A DNA stretch of 64,000 bases from an uncultured Pelagibacteraceae bacterium (GTDB lineage: Bacteria > Pseudomonadota > Alphaproteobacteria > Pelagibacterales > Pelagibacteraceae), in the NCBI GenBank assembly GCA_902521885.1, contig CABYTJ010000001.1, positions 16,951 through 80,950 on the forward strand, given 5' to 3'. The position numbers and the translations under genes are program-made. Below are positions 48,889 through 59,440 of the stretch, one piece after another. Every line of letters starts with the position of its first letter. Position 1 is the first letter of the stretch. The notes under the pieces were generated by a model. It was not told where the DNA came from, made no database searches, and saw only the letters and a list, made by a program, of their open reading frames with translations.

Positions 48889-49893
48889 TTAAGAGCTAAC
48901 TTGATTAGCTTTTTCGTTATTTTGAACAATTGTCATAATATGTTTTGCTTTCTGGAAATCTGAGTCTCTTGCCATCATATTATCACTTAAATATCTTTTC
49001 CATTCCTTTGATCCCACTTGACCATGATATAGTCCAACAGTATGTCTCATAATATGATTTACCTTAGTGCCCAATTTAACTTCTTTATCTAAATATTCTA
49101 AGAGTTTTTCTGCTACTTGTTCCCTAGATGGATTATCTTCTGTTTTAAATATTTCTTTTTCGATTTCAATTAAGGAATAAGGATTTTGATAAATTGATCT
49201 ACCAATCATTACTCCATCGCACAAATTTAAATGATTATTTATTTCTTCAACTTTTGTAATACCACCATTAATTATTATTTCTAAATCTGGATTTTCTTTT
49301 TTAATATCATAAACCATGTCATAATTTAATTTAGGTATATTTAAATTTTGTTTTGGAGACAAACCAGAAAGCATAGCTTTTCTTGCGTGTAAAATGAATG
49401 TTTTTGATCCAGCATCTCGCATTTTATGAATAAAATTATTTAGATAGTCAAATTCTTCTGTGTCATCAAAACCAATTCTAGTTTTTGCTGTTACAGGAAT
49501 TTTACATGCATTTACCATTGAATTTATACATTCAGCTACTAAGTCTGGTTCTTTCATTAAACATGCTCCAAACATATTCTTTTGAACTTTTTTACTTGGA
49601 CAGCCTAAGTTGATATTAATTTCATCATATCCCATATCTTCAGCAATTTTAGCCACTTCCGCTAATTCATTTTTATCTGATCCTCCTACTTGTAAGGCTA
49701 ATGGTTTTTCTTCAGGACTATAAGATAAGATTTTTTTTCTATCACCATGAATTGCAGATTTAGTAGCTACCATTTCAGAATAGAGCATTACATTTTTGCT
49801 CATTAATCTTAAAAAGAAACGATCATGTCTATCAGTACAATCCATCATCGGAGCTACTGAAACTTTTCTGTTAATTTTTTTTTTAATATCCAA
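48889..49893 (-). CDS. dusA: tRNA-dihydrouridine(20/20a) synthase
   Basis: VAPMMD.TD, N.N.GCPS, FGACLM, HARKA.L.GLSPKQN, NGG, GVM.GR. Confidence 0.95.
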   Translation of the reverse strand: MDIKKKINRKVSVAPMMDCTDRHDRFFLRLMSKNVMLYSEMVATKSAIHGDRKKILSYSPEEKPLALQVGGSDKNELAEVAKIAEDMGYDEININLGCPSKKVQKNMFGACLMKEPDLVAECINSMVNACKIPVTAKTRIGFDDTEEFDYLNNFIHKMRDAGSKTFILHARKAMLSGLSPKQNLNIPKLNYDMVYDIKKENPDLEIIINGGITKVEEINNHLNLCDGVMIGRSIYQNPYSLIEIEKEIFKTEDNPSREQVAEKLLEYLDKEVKLGTKVNHIMRHTVGLYHGQVGSKEWKRYLSDNMMARDSDFQKAKHIMTIVQNNEKANQVSS

Positions 49894-51214
49894 GAGGTTT
49901 ACCCATTACTTTATCTGGAAGCCATGTCACTATTTCTGGAAAAATACACAAGATTAATATAGCTAAAGCCATGATAATCATGAATGGTATAGATCCTTTT
50001 AGAATTTCTGACAAACTAACATCTGGGGTAATTCCTTTAATTATATAAAGATTTAATCCCACAGGTGGTGTGATTAATCCTATCTCCATGTTGATAGTAA
50101 ATACGATTGCGAACCAATAAGGGTCAAACCCTAAAGTTGTTATAACTGGTAATAATATTGCTGAGGTCATTACAATCACAGCAACTGGAGGCAAAAAGAA
50201 ACCAGCTATTAAAAGAAATATATTGATTAAAATAAATACAACCCATTTATTTGAGCTTAATTCTACCATGCTCTGAGCCAAAGACTGAGTTACGTAAAGT
50301 TGTGAAAGAGTAAATGCAAAAAGATAAGAAGCAGCAATAATGAACATTATCATTACGCTTTCTTTCATTGAAACTTTAACAATATTCCATATTTTTTTTG
50401 GCTGATAAATTTTATAAACGACAGCGATTAATACAAAAACAAGAAATGCTCCAACACCTGAAGCTTCAGACGGTGTTGCAACACCACCATACAAAACATA
50501 CAAGACACCAACTATAATTGCTAGAAAAGGGAAAATTCTTGGTAATACCTCAAGTTTTTCTTTTAAAGTTGGAGGTGTTCTATTTTTTAAAGCCTTAGCA
50601 GAATCTTTATCAATAAAATAACTATGTATAAGAGCCCATACAGCAAACATACCTGCTAACATGAAGCCAGGTACAAGGCCACATAAGAATAATCTTCCAA
50701 TAGAAGTACCTGTCGCAATACCATAAACAATTAAGACAATACTTGGAGGAATTAAAACTCCCAATGTTCCTCCAGCAGCAATAGTACCTGTAGCTATTTG
50801 ATCAGAGTATCCTCTTTTTCGCATCTCAGGAATTCCCATAGTTCCAATTGCGGCACAAGTCGCAGGACTAGAACCACTCAAAGCTGCAAAAATTGAACAA
50901 GCACCTATGTTCGAAATAACCAATCCTCCTGGAACTCTCCAAAGCCACCTATCTAAACCTGTATACAAATCTTTTCCCGCTGGAGAATTGGCAACCGCCA
51001 TCCCCATTAAAATAAACATTGGTATCGAAAGCAAAACAAATGAATTCAATCCAGCATAAAATGTTTCTGCAAACACATCTAACATTTGAAAACCTTCAAA
51101 TGATACTAAAAGAACTATTGATACAAAACTTAAACCAAAAGCTATAGGTATTCCTGAAAAAAGAACTATCAAAGTAAAAACTGCTACTATTATTGCAATT
51201 ATTAATGGATCCAT
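49883..51214 (-). CDS. dctM: TRAP transporter large permease
   Basis: IP.FILMG, SGSS.A, GTLG.LIPPS, TPSEA, ITPPVG. Confidence 0.95.
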   Translation of the reverse strand: MDPLIIAIIVAVFTLIVLFSGIPIAFGLSFVSIVLLVSFEGFQMLDVFAETFYAGLNSFVLLSIPMFILMGMAVANSPAGKDLYTGLDRWLWRVPGGLVISNIGACSIFAALSGSSPATCAAIGTMGIPEMRKRGYSDQIATGTIAAGGTLGVLIPPSIVLIVYGIATGTSIGRLFLCGLVPGFMLAGMFAVWALIHSYFIDKDSAKALKNRTPPTLKEKLEVLPRIFPFLAIIVGVLYVLYGGVATPSEASGVGAFLVFVLIAVVYKIYQPKKIWNIVKVSMKESVMIMFIIAASYLFAFTLSQLYVTQSLAQSMVELSSNKWVVFILINIFLLIAGFFLPPVAVIVMTSAILLPVITTLGFDPYWFAIVFTINMEIGLITPPVGLNLYIIKGITPDVSLSEILKGSIPFMIIMALAILILCIFPEIVTWLPDKVMGKPLGY

Positions 51215-51708
51215 TAATTAAAATCCTTTTCATCAGTTAATTTAATAATTTCAGCTATGTATTGTAATATCATCAATATAGCTCCTAACATCATTGAAGA
51301 ATAAGGTATCCATAATGGTGGATCCCAAACTGTTCCTGTTGAATAATTTTTTGTAAATGCCTCTTCAACCATTAAAAAACCAAAATAAAATAAAATCAAA
51401 AAAAATAATAAACTCAAAAGAGATGTAAAAATTTTTAATCTGACTACATTTTTTTTTGATAAAAAATCATATATCCATTCCATGCTAACATGAGCTTTTT
51501 CACTAAGAACATAAGCGCTACCTATAAAAGTGGAAGCTACTAAAAGCATTGTAACAAGTTCTGTTTGCCAAGTAATTGCTCTTTGAAAAAAATATCTTTC
51601 AAATACAAGTTCTACAATCACTAAAATTGATAAAAGCAAAGCTAAAACTGCAAATGCACCACAAGCTTTTGCAACATAATCACAAAATTTAAGATATCTA
51701 TTTTTCAT
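51214..51708 (-). CDS. dctQ: TRAP transporter small permease
   Basis: Four TM helices, RY, W..E, HV motifs; between dctP and dctM. Confidence 0.92.
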   Translation of the reverse strand: MKNRYLKFCDYVAKACGAFAVLALLLSILVIVELVFERYFFQRAITWQTELVTMLLVASTFIGSAYVLSEKAHVSMEWIYDFLSKKNVVRLKIFTSLLSLLFFLILFYFGFLMVEEAFTKNYSTGTVWDPPLWIPYSSMMLGAILMILQYIAEIIKLTDEKDFN

Positions 51709-51744
51709 AAAAAAAACCCCTACTTAAAAGAATAAATAGGGGTT
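51709..51744 (-). terminator. Stem-loop with U-tract between dctP and dctQ
   Basis: AACCCCTA (51715-51722) / TAGGGGTT (51737-51744); on the minus strand a T-run follows directly before the dctQ ATG. Confidence 0.7.
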
Positions 51745-51758
51745 CTTTATATATTATT

Positions 51759-52769
51759 TTATTTAACTGCTAAAGCCATTTCCATTAGCTTATCACCACC
51801 TGGTACTTTATCAGCAAATGCCTTGTGAGAAGATTTTTTAGCAATCTCTACCCATGCAGAATGATCTTTTTCATTCATATACACTAACTTAACACCAGCT
51901 GCTTTGTAAGCATCTTCAAACTTTTTATCTAAGTTTTCTACTTGTGCTGTCATGTATTTTTCAGCAACTTTTCCAGCTTTCATTAAAGCTTTTTGTTGCT
52001 TAGAATTTAATGCATCAAAAGACTTTTGAGACATAAGAATTGGTTCATACATAAACCATAAACCAAATTTTCCTGGAGGAGTTGCACATGAAACTTGTTC
52101 ATATATTTTGTAACTAACAAAACTTCCTGAACTAGTATTTGCACCTGTTAATACACCAGTTTGTAATCCAGTATAAATTTCAGATGATGGCATACTTTGA
52201 ATACCTGCTCCTGCAGCTTCTAACATTTGGTTAAATGCTTTTCCAGCAGCTCTCATTACTTGTCCTTTTGCATCGCTAGGATTTTTAATACATTTTGTTT
52301 TCGAAGCAAAACCACCACCTAACCAAGCATCAGATAAAACTACAACACCGGCATTATTAATTATTTTTTTAATTTCAGTCATCATTGGACCTTTATTAAA
52401 TCTCAATGCATGTTTGTGGTTTTTAACAGTTCCTGGCATTAACGTAGCATCAAACTCAGGATGAAACTTTGATGCATAAGCTAATGGGAATGCAGAAATA
52501 TCCAATTGACCAGTTGTCATTGGCTTCCACTGTTCTTTAGGTTTATACAATGATTTAGCTGGATAAATTCTGATATCTATTCCAACATTTGCTTTTTTAA
52601 CCTCGTCAGCAATGATTTGAACCATTTCGTGACGTGGGTCGAATGATCCATCAGCTCTTGGAGTTCCAGGCCATTGGTGACTAGCTTTTAACGTAACCGC
52701 AAAAGCAGAACCAACAGTAGTGAAAACAAAAACTAATGAAGTTAAATATAAAGATATTTTTTTTAACAT
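51759..52769 (-). CDS. dctP: TRAP transporter substrate-binding protein
   Basis: Signal peptide (SAFA), G..MR with conserved Arg, EIY.GLQTG. Confidence 0.93.
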   Translation of the reverse strand: MLKKISLYLTSLVFVFTTVGSAFAVTLKASHQWPGTPRADGSFDPRHEMVQIIADEVKKANVGIDIRIYPAKSLYKPKEQWKPMTTGQLDISAFPLAYASKFHPEFDATLMPGTVKNHKHALRFNKGPMMTEIKKIINNAGVVVLSDAWLGGGFASKTKCIKNPSDAKGQVMRAAGKAFNQMLEAAGAGIQSMPSSEIYTGLQTGVLTGANTSSGSFVSYKIYEQVSCATPPGKFGLWFMYEPILMSQKSFDALNSKQQKALMKAGKVAEKYMTAQVENLDKKFEDAYKAAGVKLVYMNEKDHSAWVEIAKKSSHKAFADKVPGGDKLMEMALAVK

Positions 52770-52866
52770 TATTTTTTCCCTCTATTGTTATTTTTAATAA
52801 TTCAATTAAAATGAACTTATTAATAAGAGTCAAGCTGGCAAAAGAACTTTTAATAAACAGAAACCT

Positions 52867-54009
52867 ATGGATGGACCTTTAAAAAACCTATTAGTTGTTG
52901 ATTTAACCAGAGTATTGGTGGGTCCCTACTGCACGATGATATTGTCAGACCTTGGTGCAAGAGTAATAAAGGTTGAAGCCCCAGAAATTGGAGATGACTC
53001 TAGAAAATTTGGTCCATTTATTGAAGATTATTCTGCTTACTTTATGTCTCTTAATAGAGGTAAAGAAAGTATTGCACTTAATTTAAAAAATGAAGATGAC
53101 AAAAAAATATTTGATAAAATTTTATCTAAAGCAGATATTTTAGTTGAAAACTTTAAACCTGGTACTCTAGAAAAATGGGGATATGGATGGAAAGATGTTA
53201 ATAAAAAATATCCAAAATTAATTTATGCTTCTGCCTCTGGTTTCGGACAAACAGGTCCTTTAAAAGAATTACCTGCTTATGATATGGTTGTACAAGGTAT
53301 GGGTGGTTTAATGAGTGTAACAGGTCAACCTAACTCTGAACCCACAAGAGTTGGAACATCTATTGGAGATATTACAGCAGGTTTATTTACAACTATTGGA
53401 ATTAATGCTGCGCTTTATGATAGACAAAAAACAGGTAAAGGTATGTACATAGATGTTTCTATGCTTGATTGTCAGATAGCTATTTTAGAAAATGCTATAG
53501 CTCGTTATCTTGCAAAAAATGAAATTCCAAAGCCAATGGGTTCTCGACATCCATCAATTGCACCATTTGAGGCTTTCAAAACTCAAGATAGCTATATAAT
53601 TATTGCTGCTGGTAACGACAAACTGTTTGAAAAACTTTGCACTCTTTTAAAATTACCAGAATTAATTCAAGATCCAAAATTTTCTGATAATTCATCAAGA
53701 GCTCAAAATATGGATGAACTTAAAAAAATTTTAGAAAATAAATTATCTTCAAGAAAAACTAATGAATGGGTTAAGGATATGGAAAAAGAAAAAATTCCTT
53801 GTGGTCCAATATTTAATATTAAAGAAGCTGTTGAAAATCCTCAAGTAGACTCAAGAAACATGGTTGTTAAAGCTTACCATAAAGTCATTGGAGATTTTAA
53901 ATTAGCAGGTAATCCAATAAAAATGTCAGCTTACAAAGATGAAAAGACTAGAGGTGATATCCCAGATTTAGATGAGCACAGAGAAAAAATTTTAAAAGAA
54001 TTTGATTAA
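52867..54009 (+). CDS. Class III CoA-transferase (CaiB/BaiF/Frc family)
   Basis: DLTR...[29 protein letters not shown], catalytic Asp in IGD. Confidence 0.95.
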   Translation: MDGPLKNLLVVDLTRVLVGPYCTMILSDLGARVIKVEAPEIGDDSRKFGPFIEDYSAYFMSLNRGKESIALNLKNEDDKKIFDKILSKADILVENFKPGTLEKWGYGWKDVNKKYPKLIYASASGFGQTGPLKELPAYDMVVQGMGGLMSVTGQPNSEPTRVGTSIGDITAGLFTTIGINAALYDRQKTGKGMYIDVSMLDCQIAILENAIARYLAKNEIPKPMGSRHPSIAPFEAFKTQDSYIIIAAGNDKLFEKLCTLLKLPELIQDPKFSDNSSRAQNMDELKKILENKLSSRKTNEWVKDMEKEKIPCGPIFNIKEAVENPQVDSRNMVVKAYHKVIGDFKLAGNPIKMSAYKDEKTRGDIPDLDEHREKILKEFD

Positions 54010-54533
54010 CTTGTTTCTGTTTCGTCAGAGTTAGCCTCTGTAACTTGTTCTTCTGACTCAGAAATTTGATCTAGAGAAACATCTTCATCAGTTTCAGGTT
54101 CGTCTGATACGGCATCTTCTACAGTTGGTTGAGCTGTCTCAGATAATTCTGCTAAGTCTTCTTTAGATACTTGAATTTTTTCTGGAGCTTTTCTAGCTCT
54201 CTTAGATGGTAGAATTGGTGTACCACTTTTTGAAATTTCACCTTTATATAAACTTTCAAAATCGTCACCTATATCTTCATCGGCTTCTGCTCCATCATCA
54301 ACTTGTTCAACATGTTTTCTTAATTTGTAAACCGCACTTTCGGTTAAATCTGGAACTTTAATATTATCCTGTGCAATTTCTCTCAATGCTATGACAGTAT
54401 TTTTATCGTTATCTCTATCTAAAGTTGGTTCAATTCCAGTGTTAAGTTGAGTTGCTCTTTCTTTTGCAACAAGAACTAATTCATAAGGGCTGTCAACTTT
54501 ATCGATACAATCTTCTACGGTAACTCTCGCCAT
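54006..54533 (-). CDS. rpoZ: RNA polymerase omega subunit with long acidic tail
   Basis: [26 protein letters not shown]. Confidence 0.96.
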   Translation of the reverse strand: MARVTVEDCIDKVDSPYELVLVAKERATQLNTGIEPTLDRDNDKNTVIALREIAQDNIKVPDLTESAVYKLRKHVEQVDDGAEADEDIGDDFESLYKGEISKSGTPILPSKRARKAPEKIQVSKEDLAELSETAQPTVEDAVSDEPETDEDVSLDQISESEEQVTEANSDETETS

Positions 54534-54577
54534 GCGCAGTATCTATACAGTGAAGTTTAAAAAATCAAGGAGAATTT

Positions 54578-55786
54578 TTATATATATTTGGGATTTAGCT
54601 TATTTCTAACAAAAAAGAGAAGGATAATTGAAATAAAGATATAAACAAAAGATACAAAAGCAATCTGTTCAATAGAATATCCTTGATCAATTAAAAGACC
54701 AAATAAAGCAGTTCCAAATGCAGTAGAAAAAACCATTAACGCAGTAGAAAGAGCTTTAATAGATCCAATGTGCTTTACCCCATAAATTTCTGCCCATGTA
54801 GAAGATCCTAAAACGTTGGCTAGTCCATTTGAGATACCAATTAATCCTAAAAATATGAACGATGTGATAGAAGAATCAAAAAAGATTAAGACTAAAGTAG
54901 ATAACAATAATGGAATATTCATGAAAATAAGTAACTTCCTACTGGTAAACTTATCAATTAAGAAGCCAGAGATTAATAAAGTCACTACAGATAAAATTGA
55001 GTAAACCATAAATGATTGGGCAATAACAAAAGTTCCCCAATCTTTAGACTCGGTAATAAACGATTGATATACGAATACTCCTGTAGCAATCCATGGCATT
55101 GCCAACATATTTAGACAAATAATGTAAAATCTATAATCTTTTAATACTTCAATTCTTTTCCACTGAAAAATATCTTTTTCTTTATGTTCTGTATCTTTCA
55201 CTTCTTCTCTTGAATCAAAATTTAAATTTTTAATCAAAATAAAAGAAGTTATTGGCAAGAATATTAAAACTAATATTGATACTGAAATCCAAATATTTTT
55301 CCAACTTGTGATAGTTAATAAGTATACAATTAAGACTGGTAAAATAAATTCTGCAGTTGAAAGGCCAAACCATCCTGTGCTTAAAGCTTTACCTCTAGAT
55401 TTTGTGAAATATCTTGAAATAGTAGTAGTTGCAGTATGGGACATCATCCCCTGCCCTGAAAATCTCATTAGAAATATAGCAACAAATAAAAATGCAACTG
55501 ATGATATTTTAGAAAAGAAAAAACATGAAAAAGAAAGAAGTAATGTTACAAAAAATGCAAACTTGAAAATATTGATATCATCAATTTTTTTTCCAACCCA
55601 TATTAAAAGAAAGCTACTGAGTAATGTTGCAGTTGCATAAATTGATCCAAATTGTCCCTGTGTAATAGAAAGTGTATCACGTATGCTTGAATTAAATAGA
55701 CCAAGAAAAAAACTCTGTCCAAAACTTGAAAAAAATGTAAATATAAAACCAAATATAATTACTTTTAAACTTAAACTCTTAAACAT
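54578..55786 (-). CDS. MFS transporter
   Basis: About 12 TM helices; G..ID motif A variants; SS.GQS, RF.GQG. Confidence 0.9.
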   Translation of the reverse strand: MFKSLSLKVIIFGFIFTFFSSFGQSFFLGLFNSSIRDTLSITQGQFGSIYATATLLSSFLLIWVGKKIDDINIFKFAFFVTLLLSFSCFFFSKISSVAFLFVAIFLMRFSGQGMMSHTATTTISRYFTKSRGKALSTGWFGLSTAEFILPVLIVYLLTITSWKNIWISVSILVLIFLPITSFILIKNLNFDSREEVKDTEHKEKDIFQWKRIEVLKDYRFYIICLNMLAMPWIATGVFVYQSFITESKDWGTFVIAQSFMVYSILSVVTLLISGFLIDKFTSRKLLIFMNIPLLLSTLVLIFFDSSITSFIFLGLIGISNGLANVLGSSTWAEIYGVKHIGSIKALSTALMVFSTAFGTALFGLLIDQGYSIEQIAFVSFVYIFISIILLFFVRNKLNPKYI

Positions 55787-55797
55787 ATAAAAAAATT

Positions 55798-56667
55798 ATG
55801 ACTTGTAACGTTGCTTTCATAGGTCTTGGTGTTATGGGCTATCCAATGGCTGGTTATATATCAAAAGCTGGACACAATGTAACTGTTTTTAATAGAACTA
55901 AATCTAAAGCTGAAAAATGGGTGAGTGAATACAAAGGCAAAATAGCTGAAACACCTGCTGAAGCTGCAAAAGATGCTGAATATATTTTTACCTGTGTTGG
56001 AAACGACAATGATTTAAGAGAAGTTACTTTTGGTGACAATGGTATTTTTAAAACTATTAAAAAAGGATCTGTTTATGTAGATAACACTACTGCTTCTGCA
56101 ACAATTGCAAGAGAAATTCATGAGTATGCAAAAAAAAATGGTTTTGGTTCTTTAGATGCTCCTGTATCTGGTGGACAAGCTGGTGCAGAAAATGGTGCTC
56201 TTACTGTTATGATTGGTGGAGATCAAGCTGACTTTGACAAAGCAAAAGATAAAATAGATTGTTACAGTAAAAAAATGAAATTACTAGGTGGTCCAGGTAA
56301 TGGACAGCTAGCCAAAATGGTAAACCAAATTTGTATTGCAGGATTAGTTCAGGGTTTATCTGAAGCTATTAATTTTGGAATGAAAGCTGGATTAAACATG
56401 GAAGATGTTATTGAAGTAATTTCAAAAGGTGCTGCTCAATCCTGGCAGATGGAAAATAGATATAAAACAATGATTGATGATAAGTTTGATTTTGGTTTTG
56501 CTGTAGATTGGATGAGAAAAGATCTTAAGATTGCGATGGATGAAGCTAAAAATAATGGTTCATTATTACCTGTAACTGAATTAGTTGATAAGTATTATGG
56601 TGAAGTTCAGAGTATGGGTGGAAATCGCTGGGATACATCTAGCTTAATCAAAAGATTTAGAAAGTAG
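55798..56667 (+). CDS. Beta-hydroxyacid dehydrogenase (3-hydroxyisobutyrate dehydrogenase/tartronate semialdehyde reductase family)
   Basis: FIGLGVMGYPMA, DAPVSGG, G...K..NQ, KDL. Confidence 0.93.
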   Translation: MTCNVAFIGLGVMGYPMAGYISKAGHNVTVFNRTKSKAEKWVSEYKGKIAETPAEAAKDAEYIFTCVGNDNDLREVTFGDNGIFKTIKKGSVYVDNTTASATIAREIHEYAKKNGFGSLDAPVSGGQAGAENGALTVMIGGDQADFDKAKDKIDCYSKKMKLLGGPGNGQLAKMVNQICIAGLVQGLSEAINFGMKAGLNMEDVIEVISKGAAQSWQMENRYKTMIDDKFDFGFAVDWMRKDLKIAMDEAKNNGSLLPVTELVDKYYGEVQSMGGNRWDTSSLIKRFRK

Positions 56668-56673
56668 ACTCGT

Positions 56674-57273
56674 ATGCAGCCAGCATACTATGAAAATTTT
56701 GAAGAAATTCAGAACAAGTATTGGTCTATGCTAGATGATGCAATAACTAATAGAGGTTCACAATTTAGAATACCTGTTTTCATTTGTGCTCATCAAGATG
56801 AAGTTGATGGTAGGATTGTTGTTTTACGTAAATCTGATAGAGCAAACAATCTATTACAATTTCATACAGATTTTAGATCTCCTAAGGTAGATATTCTTAA
56901 AAAAAATAAGAATGCCTCTCTAGTTTTCTACGACAAGGAAGAAAAGATACAATTAAGAATAAAAGTAGAGTGCGAAGTAAATAATCAAAATTCTATAACA
57001 GAAGAATCTTGGAAAAAAACTCAACACATAAGCAGACGTTGTTACTTAACAGATAGTCCTCCAGGGACAGCATCAGAAAATCCAACTTCTGGAATGATAT
57101 CTAAATTAGAAGATTTTGATTATACAATGGAACAAAGTGAAGAGGGTTTTAAAAACTTTACTGTTATCAAATGTAAAATCAAATCTATTGAGTGGCTTTA
57201 TCTTGCAGCCAAAGGTCATCGAAGAGCAAAGTTTGATTTAGAAACTAATAAAAATGCTTGGCTGGTTCCTTAA
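56674..57273 (+). CDS. Pyridoxamine 5'-phosphate oxidase-like FMN-binding protein
   Basis: R.VVLR, FHTD.RS.K, FYD, QLR, L.L...GH.R, WLVP. Confidence 0.85.
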   Translation: MQPAYYENFEEIQNKYWSMLDDAITNRGSQFRIPVFICAHQDEVDGRIVVLRKSDRANNLLQFHTDFRSPKVDILKKNKNASLVFYDKEEKIQLRIKVECEVNNQNSITEESWKKTQHISRRCYLTDSPPGTASENPTSGMISKLEDFDYTMEQSEEGFKNFTVIKCKIKSIEWLYLAAKGHRRAKFDLETNKNAWLVP

Positions 57274-57782
57274 AAAATAGATTTAGAATATTTTTTCCAA
57301 TTATCCTGATAATGTTTTGTGTTTTCAAACACTGCTTTTTTCTCTTCTTCAGTAATTTCTCTAACAACTTTTCCTGGCGAACCTATTACTAATGAGTTAT
57401 CTGGTATTTCTTTATTTTCTGTTATTAAAGCTTTTGCTCCAATGATACAATTTTTTCCAATCTTAGCATTGTTTAGAATCACTGCACCAATTCCAATTAA
57501 ACTATTGTCCCCTATCGTGCATCCATGAAGCATAACCATATGACCAACTGTTACATCTTTTCCAACTTTAATAGGATAACCTGGGTCTGTGTGTAACACA
57601 CTTCCATCTTGAACATTGGATCCCTCGCCAATATGAATATTTTCTATGTCTCCTCTTAAGGTTGCATTAAACCAAATACTTGAGTTTTTTTCTAAGGTAA
57701 CATCACCTATTATGGTTGCATTTGGGGCTACCCAGTTTTCGCCAGAGTTTTTTGGTTTTTTATCTTTTAAATCGTAAAACAT
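57270..57782 (-). CDS. Gamma carbonic anhydrase family protein
   Basis: LRGD, NVQD..VLH, VGH...LHGC His ligands; hexapeptide repeats. Confidence 0.93.
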   Translation of the reverse strand: MFYDLKDKKPKNSGENWVAPNATIIGDVTLEKNSSIWFNATLRGDIENIHIGEGSNVQDGSVLHTDPGYPIKVGKDVTVGHMVMLHGCTIGDNSLIGIGAVILNNAKIGKNCIIGAKALITENKEIPDNSLVIGSPGKVVREITEEEKKAVFENTKHYQDNWKKYSKSIF

Positions 57783-57802
57783 AATTTATATATTATTACA
57801 TT

Positions 57803-58354
57803 ATGCCAATACAAACTCCAATATGTGATTTCGGGCAAAAAGCTCACAACTTTGAATTAAAATCTACTGATAATAAAATATTATCTTTAAATGATGTTAA
57901 AGGTGAAAATGGAACCTTGATTATGTTTATTTGTAATCATTGTCCTTATGTGAAAGCAGTTACCAAAGATATTGTTGAAGATTGTAATGAATTAAAAAAA
58001 ATTGGGATTAATTCAGTAGCTATATGTGCAAATGATGCTGAAAATTATCCAGAAGACTCTTTTGAAAATATGATTGAATTTGCAAAAAAAAATCAATTTA
58101 GTTTTCCATACTTAAATGATGAAACTCAAGAAATTGCTAAAACATATGCTGCAGTATGTACGCCAGATTTTTTTGGTTACAATAAAGATTTAGAGCTTCA
58201 GTACAGGGGTAGATTAAGAGAACTTAAAAACTTAGTTCCAGTTAGAAGTGGAGAGAGTGATTTATTAAAGGCTATGAAACAAATAGCTGAGACTGGAAAA
58301 GGACCTGAAAGTCAAATACCTAGCGCTGGCTGTGGTATTAAGTGGAAACAATAA
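57803..58354 (+). CDS. Thioredoxin/peroxiredoxin-like protein
   Basis: FICNHCPYV, A.CTPDFF, YRGR, GC.IKW. Confidence 0.9.
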   Translation: MPIQTPICDFGQKAHNFELKSTDNKILSLNDVKGENGTLIMFICNHCPYVKAVTKDIVEDCNELKKIGINSVAICANDAENYPEDSFENMIEFAKKNQFSFPYLNDETQEIAKTYAAVCTPDFFGYNKDLELQYRGRLRELKNLVPVRSGESDLLKAMKQIAETGKGPESQIPSAGCGIKWKQ

Positions 58355-58357
58355 TTA

Positions 58358-59440
58358 ATGTATCTAATCATCACTAGAGCCTTCCCACCTGAATTAGGCG
58401 GCATGCAAAGTTTAATGTGGGGCTTAACTAAAGAGATGTCTAAAAACTTTATGATTAAAGTTTTTGCAGATTATCATGAGAAACATAAGGAATTTGATAA
58501 TAAAGAAAATTTTTCAATAGAACGGGTTGGTGGAATTAAATTCTTAAGAAAAATAAGAAAAGCTCAATTAATAGATGAATTTATAAAAGAAAATAAGATT
58601 CAAGGAATTATCGCTGATCACTGGAAAAGTTTAGAGTTGATTAAAACAAACAAAAAGAAATTTTGCTTGATACACGGTAAAGAAATTAATCATCCTAAAG
58701 GAAGTTCTTTAAACAAAAGAGTAATTAAAGTTCTCAACAATGTTGAGAAAGTGATAGCTAACTCAGAATATACAAAAAATCTGGCAATAAATAACGGTGT
58801 TAATAGAGATAAAGTTATCGTAATTAATCCTGGTGTTGGAATTGTTGAGGAATTAAATAAAAAATCATTAGAAAAAGTTGAGAGTTTACTTAAAATAAAG
58901 ACACCTCGTCTTATTACCGTATCAAGATTTGATAAAAGAAAAAATCATGAAAAAGTCATAATGGCTTTAAGAAATTTAAAGCAACAATACCCTGATATTG
59001 TCTACATTTGTATTGGATATGGTGATGAAGAAGAAAATTTAAAAAAATTAGTTCAAGAACTTGATTTAGGTTCTCAAGTTATGTTTTTCAAAGATATTAG
59101 TAACGATCTTAAAAATGCTTTAATAGCAAAATCAAATATATTTGTTATGCCTTCAATAATTCACAAAACATCTGTTGAAGGTTTTGGTATAGCATATGTA
59201 GAAGCTGCACAGTATGGAATTCCTTCATTAGGTGGGAAAGATGGAGGAGCCTCAGATGCAATCAGTCATGATAAAACGGGTTTAATTTGTGACGGAAACA
59301 ACCTAGATGATATTTATTCATCATTAAATTCAATGATTGAGAATAAAAAATATCATGTGTTTGGTAAAAATGCTAAAGAATATGTTTCTAAGTTTCAATG
59401 GGACAAAATTCTTGATGAGTACAAAAAAATTCTTAATTAA
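58358..59440 (+). CDS. GT4 glycosyltransferase
   Basis: FPP..GG, HG.E, R...RK, EGFGI..VEA. Confidence 0.92.
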   Translation: MYLIITRAFPPELGGMQSLMWGLTKEMSKNFMIKVFADYHEKHKEFDNKENFSIERVGGIKFLRKIRKAQLIDEFIKENKIQGIIADHWKSLELIKTNKKKFCLIHGKEINHPKGSSLNKRVIKVLNNVEKVIANSEYTKNLAINNGVNRDKVIVINPGVGIVEELNKKSLEKVESLLKIKTPRLITVSRFDKRKNHEKVIMALRNLKQQYPDIVYICIGYGDEEENLKKLVQELDLGSQVMFFKDISNDLKNALIAKSNIFVMPSIIHKTSVEGFGIAYVEAAQYGIPSLGGKDGGASDAISHDKTGLICDGNNLDDIYSSLNSMIENKKYHVFGKNAKEYVSKFQWDKILDEYKKILN

